This document shows positions 16,526 through 26,667 of a stretch of 64,000 bases of DNA, piece after piece. Under the pieces are notes generated by a model. It worked only from the letters and a program-made list of their open reading frames with translations. It was not told the DNA's origin and did no database searches. A program made the position numbers and the translations under genes. Source of the stretch: an uncultured bacterium (GTDB lineage Bacteria; Acidobacteriota; Thermoanaerobaculia; Multivoradales; JAHZIX01); NCBI GenBank assembly GCA_965368975.1, contig CBDUPA010000015.1, positions 1-64,000 on the forward strand. Reading direction: 5' to 3'. Every line of letters starts with the position of its first letter. The stretch's first letter is position 1.

Positions 16526-18745
16526 TCAAGCCCCTGAATGAGTGAGGCGAGCGAAACGCCCATTCTTGGGGAAGTCTGCCTCATCTGGCTGTACTTCAAC
16601 GTTCTCGTCTCGACATCGTTCAAATCTCCGTGCTTGCCTCGCACTGTCAAAAAGAGCATTCCTAAGGTCACACTCAATCACGTCTGTGAATTTAGTAATA
16701 CTACCCTTAGGCTGGAGCGGCAGTATCTGCGAGTAGCGCAGTGTGCTATCGCTGAAGCAGAGGGCTCCTTCCAGGCGGATCCCAAATAGGCTCATATTCT
16801 CTAGCACGCAACTCTCGAATGTGACGTCACTCCAGATACAGGACATACTCAGCGTGGATTTTCCGTCGCAACCATGCCACTTCACGTTGTTCCAGGAGCA
16901 GTTTTTCAAGACAATTCCATTTAATTCACAGTCGATGAATGTGCAAGCATCAAACTTGCAGTCTAAGAAAATAGTTCCTCTCAGGTCACAGTTACGGAAT
17001 ACCACTTGCTCGAAAGTAACACCACTCAAGTTGCAACCCAGCCAGCATTGGTGAGCAATCTCTAACGGCTCTCTCCCCTGGTCGCTTGGCTTCACTAGTC
17101 CCCAACGAAAGTTCTCGCCGCACCGACTGACAATCGAGGCTTCAGTGTCCCTAAAACCGCCTTGATGCCGCTCTGCCCATTCCTGAAGAGCCGGGCCGAA
17201 ACCATCATGCACTAACTCATAGATATTGGAGTGCTGCCCAGCAGTTTTCTTTAGCACGCTCTCATTAATCAATACCTGAAGACTAATAACTGCAAGGCGT
17301 AAGAGTTCATGACCAACCTCCGGGGGGGTCAAGCTTAGCGCTCGCGCGCGGCCAGAAACTTCTTCTCGCCCAATTGACTTATTATACTTGAGATTAGGTG
17401 CTTCACTAGCTCGGAAGCAGCGAATGATGCGACGAATCTCCTCAGGGCTACTACTCACCCGTAAAACCTGAAAGTCCTCCCGTAACGCATTAAAAACCAA
17501 TTCTTCACCTCCGATGTGTCGCTTGAAGCCACGCGGCGAGGACAACCACGGTGCCATACGCACTACGATCCGGCGCAAGAGTGAATAGTCATAACCTTCG
17601 ATAGACTCCGAGGAATTTTCAGGGAAGAGTTCATCGATATAGTTCTCTAACGCTAATCGGGGGAGATCGACCATCTCTGATCGAGGCTCAACCTTCCTGC
17701 GGACCGAGCTTAGGTATTCAGCCATGACTCCGCGATCGATAATCACATCCCCTCTTTCACTGCTGCTACCGGCTCTAACTTTGCTGGTAGCAAAACGAAA
17801 AACATCCAGAAGAAGGGCTTGCAATCGTAAAAGATCTACATCTTCAATCTCATGTTGAAAAGTCTGGGTCTGCTCACTCACTATACTCTCACCGGAGAGG
17901 TTCACGGGGCCAAGCCATTTGAGAAACTCGGCAAAGACGTTGTCTTCTTCAGGACACTCCACATCGTTGGTCTCCCGTATCGGCTGCAGGATTGCCTCCC
18001 TCAGCCTATCCCTTTTTATTGGGTTCAGCGAAAAGACGCGCTTGTCAAGCCCATTAATCTCGCGGACTAACGGATTGAGTCGCCCCTGGAAATCCCACCG
18101 CATTGAAAGAAGAATACGACATCTACTTTCTTGCCGGAAGAGATTTGCCCAAACATCTAATACCCTACGCTCTCGAAGGGCATCAAGTCGTTCAAGTCCC
18201 GATCCCAAGAGCTCCTCAGCCTGATCGACTATTAGAACTAGCTCCCCAACTACGTCGCAGAGTTGCGAGACATACTCGACTAACTTATCCACGGCTGATT
18301 GATGATCATCTGCATCAGTGAATACTGGAGCATCAACCTCTCCGAGAAGAAACATGTCCTTAGCGAATTGCTTTTCGTTGTTGCCCCTTTCCGCAAGACG
18401 ACGTACCTCAGCGCGTACTGCATTGGCTAGTAATTCAGCAGGTCGGACAGTCCCGAGATCACCCCACTCACGAACCAGCAGGACGGGACCAATTCCCATT
18501 TTCTTCTCTTGTAGTTGCCGTAGAGTAGGAACCAGTCCAGCTTGCAGGAGAGAACTCTTACCAACACCGCTCAGAGCAACAAGAACTGTCAACCGCTGCC
18601 CTTTCATGAAGTGAAGCAAATCCTCGACCTCGGTGGCTCGGCCGAAGAATCGCTTTGCATCGGCCTCTTCGAAGGGCTTAGGCCCCTTCCAAGGACACCG
18701 GATCTTCTTTCGTGGTTTAGTAGCAGTCATCTCGGGCTCCGTCAT
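16526..18745 (-). CDS. nSTAND1-type NTPase with C-terminal pentapeptide repeats
   Basis: PWKGPKPF...FFGR, SGVGKSSLLQAGL, LIVDQAEE, YELVHD; C-terminal FRNCDLRGTIFLDCKFDACTF repeats. Confidence 0.88.
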   Translation of the reverse strand: MTEPEMTATKPRKKIRCPWKGPKPFEEADAKRFFGRATEVEDLLHFMKGQRLTVLVALSGVGKSSLLQAGLVPTLRQLQEKKMGIGPVLLVREWGDLGTVRPAELLANAVRAEVRRLAERGNNEKQFAKDMFLLGEVDAPVFTDADDHQSAVDKLVEYVSQLCDVVGELVLIVDQAEELLGSGLERLDALRERRVLDVWANLFRQESRCRILLSMRWDFQGRLNPLVREINGLDKRVFSLNPIKRDRLREAILQPIRETNDVECPEEDNVFAEFLKWLGPVNLSGESIVSEQTQTFQHEIEDVDLLRLQALLLDVFRFATSKVRAGSSSERGDVIIDRGVMAEYLSSVRRKVEPRSEMVDLPRLALENYIDELFPENSSESIEGYDYSLLRRIVVRMAPWLSSPRGFKRHIGGEELVFNALREDFQVLRVSSSPEEIRRIIRCFRASEAPNLKYNKSIGREEVSGRARALSLTPPEVGHELLRLAVISLQVLINESVLKKTAGQHSNIYELVHDGFGPALQEWAERHQGGFRDTEASIVSRCGENFRWGLVKPSDQGREPLEIAHQCWLGCNLSGVTFEQVVFRNCDLRGTIFLDCKFDACTFIDCELNGIVLKNCSWNNVKWHGCDGKSTLSMSCIWSDVTFESCVLENMSLFGIRLEGALCFSDSTLRYSQILPLQPKGSITKFTDVIECDLRNALFDSARQARRFERCRDENVEVQPDEADFPKNGRFARLTHSGA

Positions 18746-18747
18746 TA

Positions 18748-20910
18748 TCAGAGAGGATCACAGTTGTCGTTAATGAGTCGCATAACGTCTTCTAGTGTCA
18801 TTGCAACTGGAGTTGCTTCTATTCGCTTAAGAAAACCGCTATAAATCGGATCTTCAGGATGGTCAATTACAAAAATCCGGTCGGTTTCACGCTTCTCCCT
18901 ACGGTAAACTTGATCATAAAGACGGAGTCGATTATTAAAATCCGCCAAGGGATAGCCAAGAAAGCAAAGAGTCCGCTGAGACTGATAGAGGACTTTAGCA
19001 AGTCCATCTGGCCATGAGCGTTGATCGGAAACCATTTCTTCAAAGAAATCAACATCAGAGAGAATCAGCCTATGAACGAAGCTGTACCCTAGAAGCTTGT
19101 TCCCCTTCTCGTCATTGACCAGCTTGGGTACAATCGTAGTCAGAGGCGAGCCATGAAGCTTGACAATCAATGGGCCGTCAAAACCATTGATAAGTTCTTT
19201 AACACTTGTATCTCCAAGCAGGCGCCATGATGGAATCGACTGTCCATTGATCCAGTCGTCGCTGCGCAGGAGCCAGTCAGCCTTTACAAGGCTTTCATTA
19301 CGCTGCATGTATACCGGAAATATGACATGGTGAGATCTCTCAGCTCTGTTAAGGGCTCGCTCTAGGTCATTGTCAAAATTGGTCGACACAGCGATCGGCC
19401 ATAAACGTTGATGCAGCTCGATCGCTGCTTCGTAGACACTTCTGTCTTCGTGGGAGGAAGCCGGCGATGGCAGACGATGACAAAGAGCGGCGGCGATGGC
19501 TGAATAGCAACCGCCATCCACCGTCGTCTTTGAAGAGTAATGATCCAGCCAGCCCCTTACTCGATATACAAGTTCTTCCAGATTGCCAACCAGCGACGCT
19601 ACAGTCCCAACCATCTCACGGCGCGGCGGCGTGAACTGCCTCGTACAAACAGAGATCTGAAATGCCATCTCTGTAGGATCTGGATAGATGGGTGCTTGAA
19701 ATCGAAACGTATGCCAGAGTAGATCACCCAGCCACTCGACGTGGGACAGAGCAAGAATTGGTCTCTTCTCTAATCTGCGCAGGGGCAGCTTCATCTTGAA
19801 TACAACGTCCTCAAAGATATCGCCTACACTGTCGATCCAAGCTTGACATTCAGAACTCCTGCCAGCACCTTCCAAATCGGGCCGAAACACAGCCCACGTC
19901 AAGGCAACTAATTGCTCACGTATACCAGTCGCTCCTAACCCCATATTGGCCGATTCCTTCTTCAGCACAGTGTTACACTCAAGCAACTCTGTCGCTCTTG
20001 CGGTTGCGTTAAAAAACAGACGCCTCAACTCACTAGCGTCGTCAATCTCCACCTTGAGGGACCGAATGTCAGTGATTGGAATTCTCTGCTTAATCAAAGC
20101 CGTGACAAAGGCCTGGTTGGCATGTGCACCCAATTCAGCCAAGGCACCTTGAAAGACGACTAGGTCGTCCATCCATGCCTCTGAAGGTCGCTCATCCGGT
20201 GAGGGGCGTCTCTTAACGCCTTCTAAATTAGCCTCCACGACCTCCTCAGCGTAGACCTTGGCCCTCGAATCGGTCAACGTCTGTAACAACCAATCGAGCC
20301 TAACTCTCACGTGGTCCAAAGCTCGCTGCCGATTGTCAGGATCATGGGCCCCAGAACCCAAGAGAGGAGTGAAAGCGCCTCCCCCGCTATGTAGGATATC
20401 CGCGAGTTCGTGCTTCACATCTCTGGGCGCAACTCTTCTAGTAAGCTGCGGTGTTGGAAGCCGGTGGCGCCGAGTCGCTCGCTTAGCCGCATCGCGATAT
20501 GCATTACGAACTCTACCAATAACGGCCTTCCAGGCACTGTCGACATCTTCTGCTACTTCGATTGGTTCCCGGTTCGCAAAGTTGCGAGCAGAGAGTGCCG
20601 GAACGCCATCCCAATCACAGTCAGATACGAGAATAGGAATTGCTTTGTCATGCAAGCGCTGCCCAAGAAGCGCCATCTCATATGCGCAAAACTCTGATGA
20701 GAGAAAATGCCGAGACACCAAAAAGACGCCAATGTCTGCCCCTTCCATCTCTTTGTCCAACCAAACTCTCCAATCTACTCCAGCTGGAATATCGCTATCT
20801 GAGATCGCATGATACTGAACACCATGAAGATTCAAACTCTCAAGATGAGAAATGAAGCGTTCTTTGTGCTTCCCATCCCTATGAGAGTAACTAACGAAGA
20901 TTCTAATCAC
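18748..20910 (-). CDS. TIR + SIR2-like domain protein
   Basis: IFVSYSHRD...SEFCAYE (TIR); PLLGSGA, STNFD, VKLHGS, FLGYPL (SIR2-like). Confidence 0.85.
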   Translation of the reverse strand: MIRIFVSYSHRDGKHKERFISHLESLNLHGVQYHAISDSDIPAGVDWRVWLDKEMEGADIGVFLVSRHFLSSEFCAYEMALLGQRLHDKAIPILVSDCDWDGVPALSARNFANREPIEVAEDVDSAWKAVIGRVRNAYRDAAKRATRRHRLPTPQLTRRVAPRDVKHELADILHSGGGAFTPLLGSGAHDPDNRQRALDHVRVRLDWLLQTLTDSRAKVYAEEVVEANLEGVKRRPSPDERPSEAWMDDLVVFQGALAELGAHANQAFVTALIKQRIPITDIRSLKVEIDDASELRRLFFNATARATELLECNTVLKKESANMGLGATGIREQLVALTWAVFRPDLEGAGRSSECQAWIDSVGDIFEDVVFKMKLPLRRLEKRPILALSHVEWLGDLLWHTFRFQAPIYPDPTEMAFQISVCTRQFTPPRREMVGTVASLVGNLEELVYRVRGWLDHYSSKTTVDGGCYSAIAAALCHRLPSPASSHEDRSVYEAAIELHQRLWPIAVSTNFDNDLERALNRAERSHHVIFPVYMQRNESLVKADWLLRSDDWINGQSIPSWRLLGDTSVKELINGFDGPLIVKLHGSPLTTIVPKLVNDEKGNKLLGYSFVHRLILSDVDFFEEMVSDQRSWPDGLAKVLYQSQRTLCFLGYPLADFNNRLRLYDQVYRREKRETDRIFVIDHPEDPIYSGFLKRIEATPVAMTLEDVMRLINDNCDPL

Positions 20911-20942
20911 GTCACTACTCCTCGTCGAGTCATATGGACTAT

Positions 20943-21962
20943 TTAGATAGACTGAAACCTGATCCTATCTGACCTGGATGCAACCGGGCCAGAAGAGGCC
21001 ATCTTGGAGCAGGTGAGTACACGTCGATCCCCACTGAAGTTGCTGCTCGGCACCAGATTTAGGCTCCACTCCAGCAGCGCCATTCGGACAAAGAGGCCCT
21101 GAGCACTCTGCTCGAAGTATCTAGATTGCGGAAGAGAGTCTACAGCTTCTGCGATCTCGTCGATGCGAGGTAACGGACAAAGCAGCGACGTTCGATCACA
21201 GAGTTTGCGAGCTCTGGCCAATGTCAGTCGAAACTGGGAACGAACCCGATCGCTCACTTTCATGTTACCTACTCCTTCGGGGAAACCCGCCATATAGAGT
21301 ACATCGAGATCCGTAAGATCGAGATAGTCGAGACTCCGAACCACTCGGCCCGAGAAACGTTCCAATTCTGGCGCAAGGATCGGTCGCTCTGCAGGTAGCA
21401 TTAACCGCAGCTCAGCTGGTGAGAAGTAAGTAAGCGCTCGAATAAGAGAACGCGCCGCGCGAGAGGTCGCAAGGTCACCTGCTAGCCCAACATGGAGCCC
21501 CTCTAGACGACCGATGCTCGACCGGATTGCATAAAGGTCGATCAAGGCCTGCGTAGGGTGACGATCCGCACCGCAGCCACCGTTTATCACTGGCACCTCG
21601 GCGGCATCCATTGCTTGCTTGAATACACTTGGTTCGCCATGTCGTAGAACCAAGGCATCGCAATAGGCCGAAACGCTACGAACTGTATCGACCGGCGATT
21701 CAGCCCGTGACATTGCCGACTCATAGCGTCTCTCGCATAGCGAAATACCAGTTCCGCCTAGACGGGCAATAGCAGCGTGAAAACCAAAATGTGTACGGGT
21801 CGACGGTTGGAAGAACAATAGGCCTAGGACCTTGTTTGAGGGCCTGTAACTAGAGTTACACTCGTGGGACAGCTCCTCGGCGCGTTGGAGTATCCGCACA
21901 ATCCCTCTTCGACCAATGTCGTCAATAGAGTCGAAGTGATGGTGTGCCGGAATGACGCTCAA
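20943..21962 (-). CDS. Aspartate/ornithine carbamoyltransferase-family protein (divergent, PyrB-like)
   Basis: FFQPSTRT, LVLRH, INGG...HPTQAL, CPLPR in place of HPLPR. Confidence 0.85.
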   Translation of the reverse strand: MSVIPAHHHFDSIDDIGRRGIVRILQRAEELSHECNSSYRPSNKVLGLLFFQPSTRTHFGFHAAIARLGGTGISLCERRYESAMSRAESPVDTVRSVSAYCDALVLRHGEPSVFKQAMDAAEVPVINGGCGADRHPTQALIDLYAIRSSIGRLEGLHVGLAGDLATSRAARSLIRALTYFSPAELRLMLPAERPILAPELERFSGRVVRSLDYLDLTDLDVLYMAGFPEGVGNMKVSDRVRSQFRLTLARARKLCDRTSLLCPLPRIDEIAEAVDSLPQSRYFEQSAQGLFVRMALLEWSLNLVPSSNFSGDRRVLTCSKMASSGPVASRSDRIRFQSI

Positions 21963-22087
21963 ATCTCAACTACCTAGAGACCACTGGGACCAGTATTGCC
22001 CAAACAGCTCTTGCTCGCTATCCTACGCTAAGCTAGTCTCACGGTCCAGAGTTATTCTTCCCCTAGGGCACTCTGGTTGAGACCATC

Positions 22088-22972
22088 ATGGAGATACTAA
22101 TTCTAGCCGCCTTCAAGGCGGGAAGCTACACGCTCGTTGCAGTTGGCTTCGCTCTCGTGTTCGGATCTTGCAGAGTCCTAAACCTCATGCACGGAACCTA
22201 CGTGATGCTCGGCGCTTATGCAACGCACGCCTTGATCAGAGTTCAGCAAGGTATAGCTTCACAGGAGCCCTCGTCGGTCGTTGTTGCCTCAGCTGTGTTG
22301 ACAGCTGCTGCAGCCACAGCTGTAGTCGGATACGGCTTCTTCAAACTGTTACAGTTCACTAACCGGACGCATCCCTATCAGGTACTGGCTATCTCCCTTA
22401 CAGGGAATCTCTTCATCGCCCAAGCACTGCAATACCTCTACGGTACTGACGGACTTAATGTTATTCCGATCCTAGAAGGCAGGACTTCTATCCTAGGCGT
22501 CACCGTTCCTCGAAACGACCTGATCATCCCCCTGGTAGCGGTCGTCACTGTAGTTGTATTGTGGTTTTGGCTTCACCAGTCTCGCTCTGGTATCGCGTTG
22601 CGTGCTGTCGCTGATCATCCTGAGGCCGCACGCCTCCTTGGGATCGCTCCAGATCAAGCGCTGACTGGAGCTGTGGGAATCGCAGCTTTCGTGGCTGGCT
22701 TGGCCGGCGGGATCACAGCCCCCAGCCTGTCCTTGGCGCCAAGTATGTGGATCCATCCGTTGCTCGTATCGTTCGCGGTTGTTGTCTTCGGTGGCCGTGG
22801 GAGCCTGATCGGAGCGGTGGCCAGCGCTTCTCTAATCGGCTTCGTAGAGACAACTACATCATGGTACTTGGGCGAGGCAGTAGCTCAATACACAACATTG
22901 ATTGTCATCATTGCTGGGCTGATTGTCTTGCCTTCTGGCTTATCAGGGGCACCACCGAATGCAAACCGATAG
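22088..22972 (+). CDS. livH: Branched-chain amino acid-type ABC permease
   Basis: GFALVFG...LNLMHG, GIALRAVA...ARLLGI, VVFGGRGS. Confidence 0.88.
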   Translation: MEILILAAFKAGSYTLVAVGFALVFGSCRVLNLMHGTYVMLGAYATHALIRVQQGIASQEPSSVVVASAVLTAAAATAVVGYGFFKLLQFTNRTHPYQVLAISLTGNLFIAQALQYLYGTDGLNVIPILEGRTSILGVTVPRNDLIIPLVAVVTVVVLWFWLHQSRSGIALRAVADHPEAARLLGIAPDQALTGAVGIAAFVAGLAGGITAPSLSLAPSMWIHPLLVSFAVVVFGGRGSLIGAVASASLIGFVETTTSWYLGEAVAQYTTLIVIIAGLIVLPSGLSGAPPNANR

Positions 22973-23933
22973 AACTCGAGCCTCGAGAAAACTGCGCCAA
23001 GTCCGCCTTTGCGCTATTATCGGTTTGACTATTGCTCTGTTGCCAGCGCTTCTAGGAACTTCCACCTACTATCTTGATGTTGCCACCATGGCACTGATCT
23101 ACTCTCTACTGGTTCTCTCATGGGATCTGTTTTGCGGAACCACTGGCGAACTGTCTTTCGGTCATACTTTCTTCGTTGGTGCTGCAGCCTTTAGTACAGC
23201 TATCCTGCAGTCGCAGCTAGGTTTGAGTCCGCTCTTGGCGGCTGCTGGTGGCGCCTTAGCTGGGGCGCTGGCGGGGGCGCTGATCGGAGTGCTAACCCTT
23301 CGGCACAGAGGGGCTGTCTTTACAATGGTGACTATGGCTGTTCAGTTGAGCTTCCATCGCACGCTATTCCTGTTGGGAGAGATCTTCGGCGGTGAGGAGG
23401 GCATCTTCATCACGCAGTCATTGTTTGCAGATCCTCAGACTGGCTACATAGTCGTGGCATTCTTGGCCGTGGCAGGATTGACTCTGGGGCTAGCCTTGAG
23501 AGAGACATCTTTCGGCCGCCAGCTTCGAGCATCTGGAGGCGATACTCGCGTTGCTCTGGCGTCAGGGGTCCCCGTACCGTACGTTAGGTTTTGGGGCTCC
23601 ACCCTGTCGGGCTTACTCGCGGGCATTGGCGGTAGCCTACTGGCAATGCATAGTCGAGTTGCAAGTCACGAAATGGCTGGCGATGCTCTTGCCGGGCTAA
23701 TCTTCCTGCTTGCAATGGTTGGTGGCTTTGGGACGCTTTTCGGTCCGTGGTTGGCAGCAATCCTATATGTCACATTCATTCGCGAAGCCTTCGTTTCCCT
23801 AGGCTCGATCGAGCCATTGTTGACCTATGGGTTGATGCTGATTCTGCTCTGGAGCTTTCCCTGCGGGCTCGCAGGTGGTCTGACTCGACCTCTGGACTCG
23901 GACAACGCTAGTTATCCCGGAGCAGGATCTTGA
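22959..23933 (+). CDS. livM: Branched-chain amino acid-type ABC permease
   Basis: SWDL...GELSFGH, FGRQLRA, VGGFGTLFGP. Confidence 0.88.
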   Translation: MQTDRTRASRKLRQVRLCAIIGLTIALLPALLGTSTYYLDVATMALIYSLLVLSWDLFCGTTGELSFGHTFFVGAAAFSTAILQSQLGLSPLLAAAGGALAGALAGALIGVLTLRHRGAVFTMVTMAVQLSFHRTLFLLGEIFGGEEGIFITQSLFADPQTGYIVVAFLAVAGLTLGLALRETSFGRQLRASGGDTRVALASGVPVPYVRFWGSTLSGLLAGIGGSLLAMHSRVASHEMAGDALAGLIFLLAMVGGFGTLFGPWLAAILYVTFIREAFVSLGSIEPLLTYGLMLILLWSFPCGLAGGLTRPLDSDNASYPGAGS

Positions 23934-24676
23934 GAACCTGTAGAGATCCCCGTCTCTCAACGCGTGGTTTGTCGTTTCACATCGACGGCCTGTGCATCGT
24001 TCGGGACCTGAGTTTCGTCATCCGTAGCGGGGAGGTTCTAGGTCTAATCGGCCCGAACGGAGCTGGCAAGACTACCACTATCGATCTTCTCTCAGGATTC
24101 TGTAGAGCAGCCAGCGGAGCTGTCTTTGTGGACGGACAAAACATCACTCGGCTCACTCCCAACCGCAGAGTGCGCAGAGGATTGGTCCGGACGTTTCAGG
24201 AATCGCCTACGGTCTCAGGGCTTAGCGTCTTGGAGCACGTACATCTAGCCATTGAGTCAGCGGGTCGATACCGAGCCGGGGAGCAGGCAGTACACCCGGA
24301 TGAGTTGCTTCTCATCACAGGCTTGAGGGAATGTCAGCACCTAACAGCATCTCATTTGCCGATAGCCCAGCGTCGGATGCTCGATCTGGCGCGTGCCTTG
24401 GCAACCTATCCCGCCGTCCTCTTGCTCGATGAACCTTTTGCGGGACTGGGGAAATTAGACCAAAGGCGCGTGGTCCAGGCAATCGAGAGCCTGCGAGACC
24501 GAGGCGCTGCTGTTCTCGTGGTCGAACACCGACTAGCGCAACTAAACGATGTCATCGACTCGGCTATTGTGCTTGTCGAGGGAGCGTCCATAGCCACAGG
24601 CAGCTTAGGTGAAGTTCTAGCGAACCCAGAAGTTCGCAGGGCTTACCTTGGATCTTCAGCATCTGGGGACACATGA
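23930..24676 (+). CDS. livG: ABC ATP-binding protein
   Basis: GPNGAGKTT, RTFQ, LLLDEP, VRRAYLG. Confidence 0.9.
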   Translation: MRTCRDPRLSTRGLSFHIDGLCIVRDLSFVIRSGEVLGLIGPNGAGKTTTIDLLSGFCRAASGAVFVDGQNITRLTPNRRVRRGLVRTFQESPTVSGLSVLEHVHLAIESAGRYRAGEQAVHPDELLLITGLRECQHLTASHLPIAQRRMLDLARALATYPAVLLLDEPFAGLGKLDQRRVVQAIESLRDRGAAVLVVEHRLAQLNDVIDSAIVLVEGASIATGSLGEVLANPEVRRAYLGSSASGDT

Positions 24677-25413
24677 AACAATCACATCCAGGGACCGGTA
24701 GTCAATCTTCCTCTGCGCGACTCCAACTCTGTAGTGTTACCGTGAGTCGCGGTGAGATACAGGTGATCCAGAATGTAAACCTTAAGCTTGCCGCGGGCTC
24801 TCGGATTGCACTGGTTGGGTCCAACGGAAGTGGTAAGACTTCGCTCCTCGAGGCGCTAGTTGGCCTCCTGCCAACAAGTGGGGAGATATATTTTGATGGC
24901 TTGAGAGTCGACCTCCGCAACCCTGGCCATGCCCTTCGGCTTGGGATTGCTCTGTGTCCAACTGACCGTGGCCTTTTCCCTCGACTGAGTGTAGAAGAAA
25001 ACCTGAAGACCGGCGGTCATACCTTACCCAAGAAGATCGTGCCGCAACGTGTAGCGGAGCAGCTTGAACGGTTTCCTTCGCTTGCACCGCGGCGCTTTGT
25101 GCTCGCTGGACAGCTAAGCGGGGGAGAGCGCCAGCAGCTGGTGATCGCGAGGGCTTTGATGGTCAGGCCTCGCCTCTTACTACTTGATGAGCCATCACGA
25201 GGGCTATCACCGGCTTCTGTGTACGACCTACTGGGGACAATCAATCAACTTGTTAGGCGAGGCGTAACGGTCCTGATTGCAGATCAGGCGGTCGACTGGC
25301 TACTCGGAAAAGTGGACCACCTTCTGTTACTCGCGAACGGAAAGCTAGTTGCTGACAGTTCTTGCGCTACGGTTTCTCATGAGAGATTTGCCGCAAGCTA
25401 CTTCCAACTGTAG
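24673..25413 (+). CDS. livF: ABC ATP-binding protein
   Basis: GSNGSGKTS, LSGGERQ, LLLLDEPS. Confidence 0.9.
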   Translation: MKQSHPGTGSQSSSARLQLCSVTVSRGEIQVIQNVNLKLAAGSRIALVGSNGSGKTSLLEALVGLLPTSGEIYFDGLRVDLRNPGHALRLGIALCPTDRGLFPRLSVEENLKTGGHTLPKKIVPQRVAEQLERFPSLAPRRFVLAGQLSGGERQQLVIARALMVRPRLLLLDEPSRGLSPASVYDLLGTINQLVRRGVTVLIADQAVDWLLGKVDHLLLLANGKLVADSSCATVSHERFAASYFQL

Positions 25414-25422
25414 AATGCACCT

Positions 25423-26667
25423 ATGGAACTGAAAACGACTTCGACTTCGGTAGGTTACCGGCCTCACACTGCCTTTTCGCTCCTCCTATTAGGTCTACTG
25501 ATCTCTTGCGGTTCTGCGAGCGATAAGGAGACAGCGCGGATACCAGTGAAAATAGGCGTATTGGCACCATTCAATACTCAACCAGGTGAAGGTATCCGAA
25601 ACGGTGTTCGAATGGCGGTCGAGCGTATAAATGCCAGAGGTGGCCTCGGTGGTCGCCCTTTAGAAGTCGTTGAGATCAACACGGAGTACTCTGTCGACAA
25701 GGCTGTACGCGGATACCAGCGCCTCGCTGGTCGAGAGGGTGTTATCGCTGTTCTGGGTGTTGCAGGTGACGGCATCTTCCCAATCATGGAGCAACTCCAG
25801 CGCTACAGGGTGCCGATGATCACTACTGGCACGGGCTCTGACCGCTTGACGGACCTAGTTGCCGAGAATCGTGAGCGATACCGATGGTTCTTCCGAGTCA
25901 TGCACAAATCTAGCGAGTTAGGTAGCGCTACTGCTGACTTCGCGACGAGATATCTAGCTCGCGAGTTCAAAATAACCAAATTTGCGATCATGGTCGAGGA
26001 CGACATCTGGACTAGGTACCTGCGAGACATTTGGACCGAAGAACTATCGACCGATCCAGAGACCGAGATCGTCTTTTCCGATACCTTCAGCTCACAGACC
26101 AGGGATTTTAGTGTTTTGTTTCAGCAAATCACGAATTCGGGAGCGGAATACATCTTGGACGCTAGTTCGCGAGTTGATGCCACTTCTTATCTTAAACGCT
26201 GGGCGGCGATAAACGGCCCACCAATCGGTGCGGTTCCTACAGGGGCTGGAACTCAGCGCTACTACGATCTCATCGGCGATGATGGACTCTTTGTTTGCAG
26301 TGTAGCAACACTCCCATCTCCTGAGAATCAGTTGACGGACTCATCAGCAGCATGGTGGGAAAGCTACTACCAACAGTTCGGCGATCCCTCTTACACTAGC
26401 GCCTACTCCTACGATGCAGTCAACATTCTCGCACAAGCGATTATGAGTATGGAAGGGAGCGATCCAGAGTCTCTGATCACGGCCTTGGAGGCTACCGACC
26501 ACTCCGGCGTCGCCGCTCGTTGGGTCTTTGACGAGAGTCACCATCCTCAGTATGGCCCTGGCTACAGAGAAATCCCTATCCTTCAGTATGTCGAGGCAGG
26601 CCCTCGGGGATTCGAGATCATCTGGCCCCCTGATCGCGCAACTGCTGAATTCCGCAGAGCCCACTGA
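25423..26667 (+). CDS. ABC substrate-binding lipoprotein (LivK-like)
   Basis: Lipobox LLISC, KIGVLAP, INARGGLGGRPL, YDAVNILAQAI. Confidence 0.88.
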   Translation: MELKTTSTSVGYRPHTAFSLLLLGLLISCGSASDKETARIPVKIGVLAPFNTQPGEGIRNGVRMAVERINARGGLGGRPLEVVEINTEYSVDKAVRGYQRLAGREGVIAVLGVAGDGIFPIMEQLQRYRVPMITTGTGSDRLTDLVAENRERYRWFFRVMHKSSELGSATADFATRYLAREFKITKFAIMVEDDIWTRYLRDIWTEELSTDPETEIVFSDTFSSQTRDFSVLFQQITNSGAEYILDASSRVDATSYLKRWAAINGPPIGAVPTGAGTQRYYDLIGDDGLFVCSVATLPSPENQLTDSSAAWWESYYQQFGDPSYTSAYSYDAVNILAQAIMSMEGSDPESLITALEATDHSGVAARWVFDESHHPQYGPGYREIPILQYVEAGPRGFEIIWPPDRATAEFRRAH

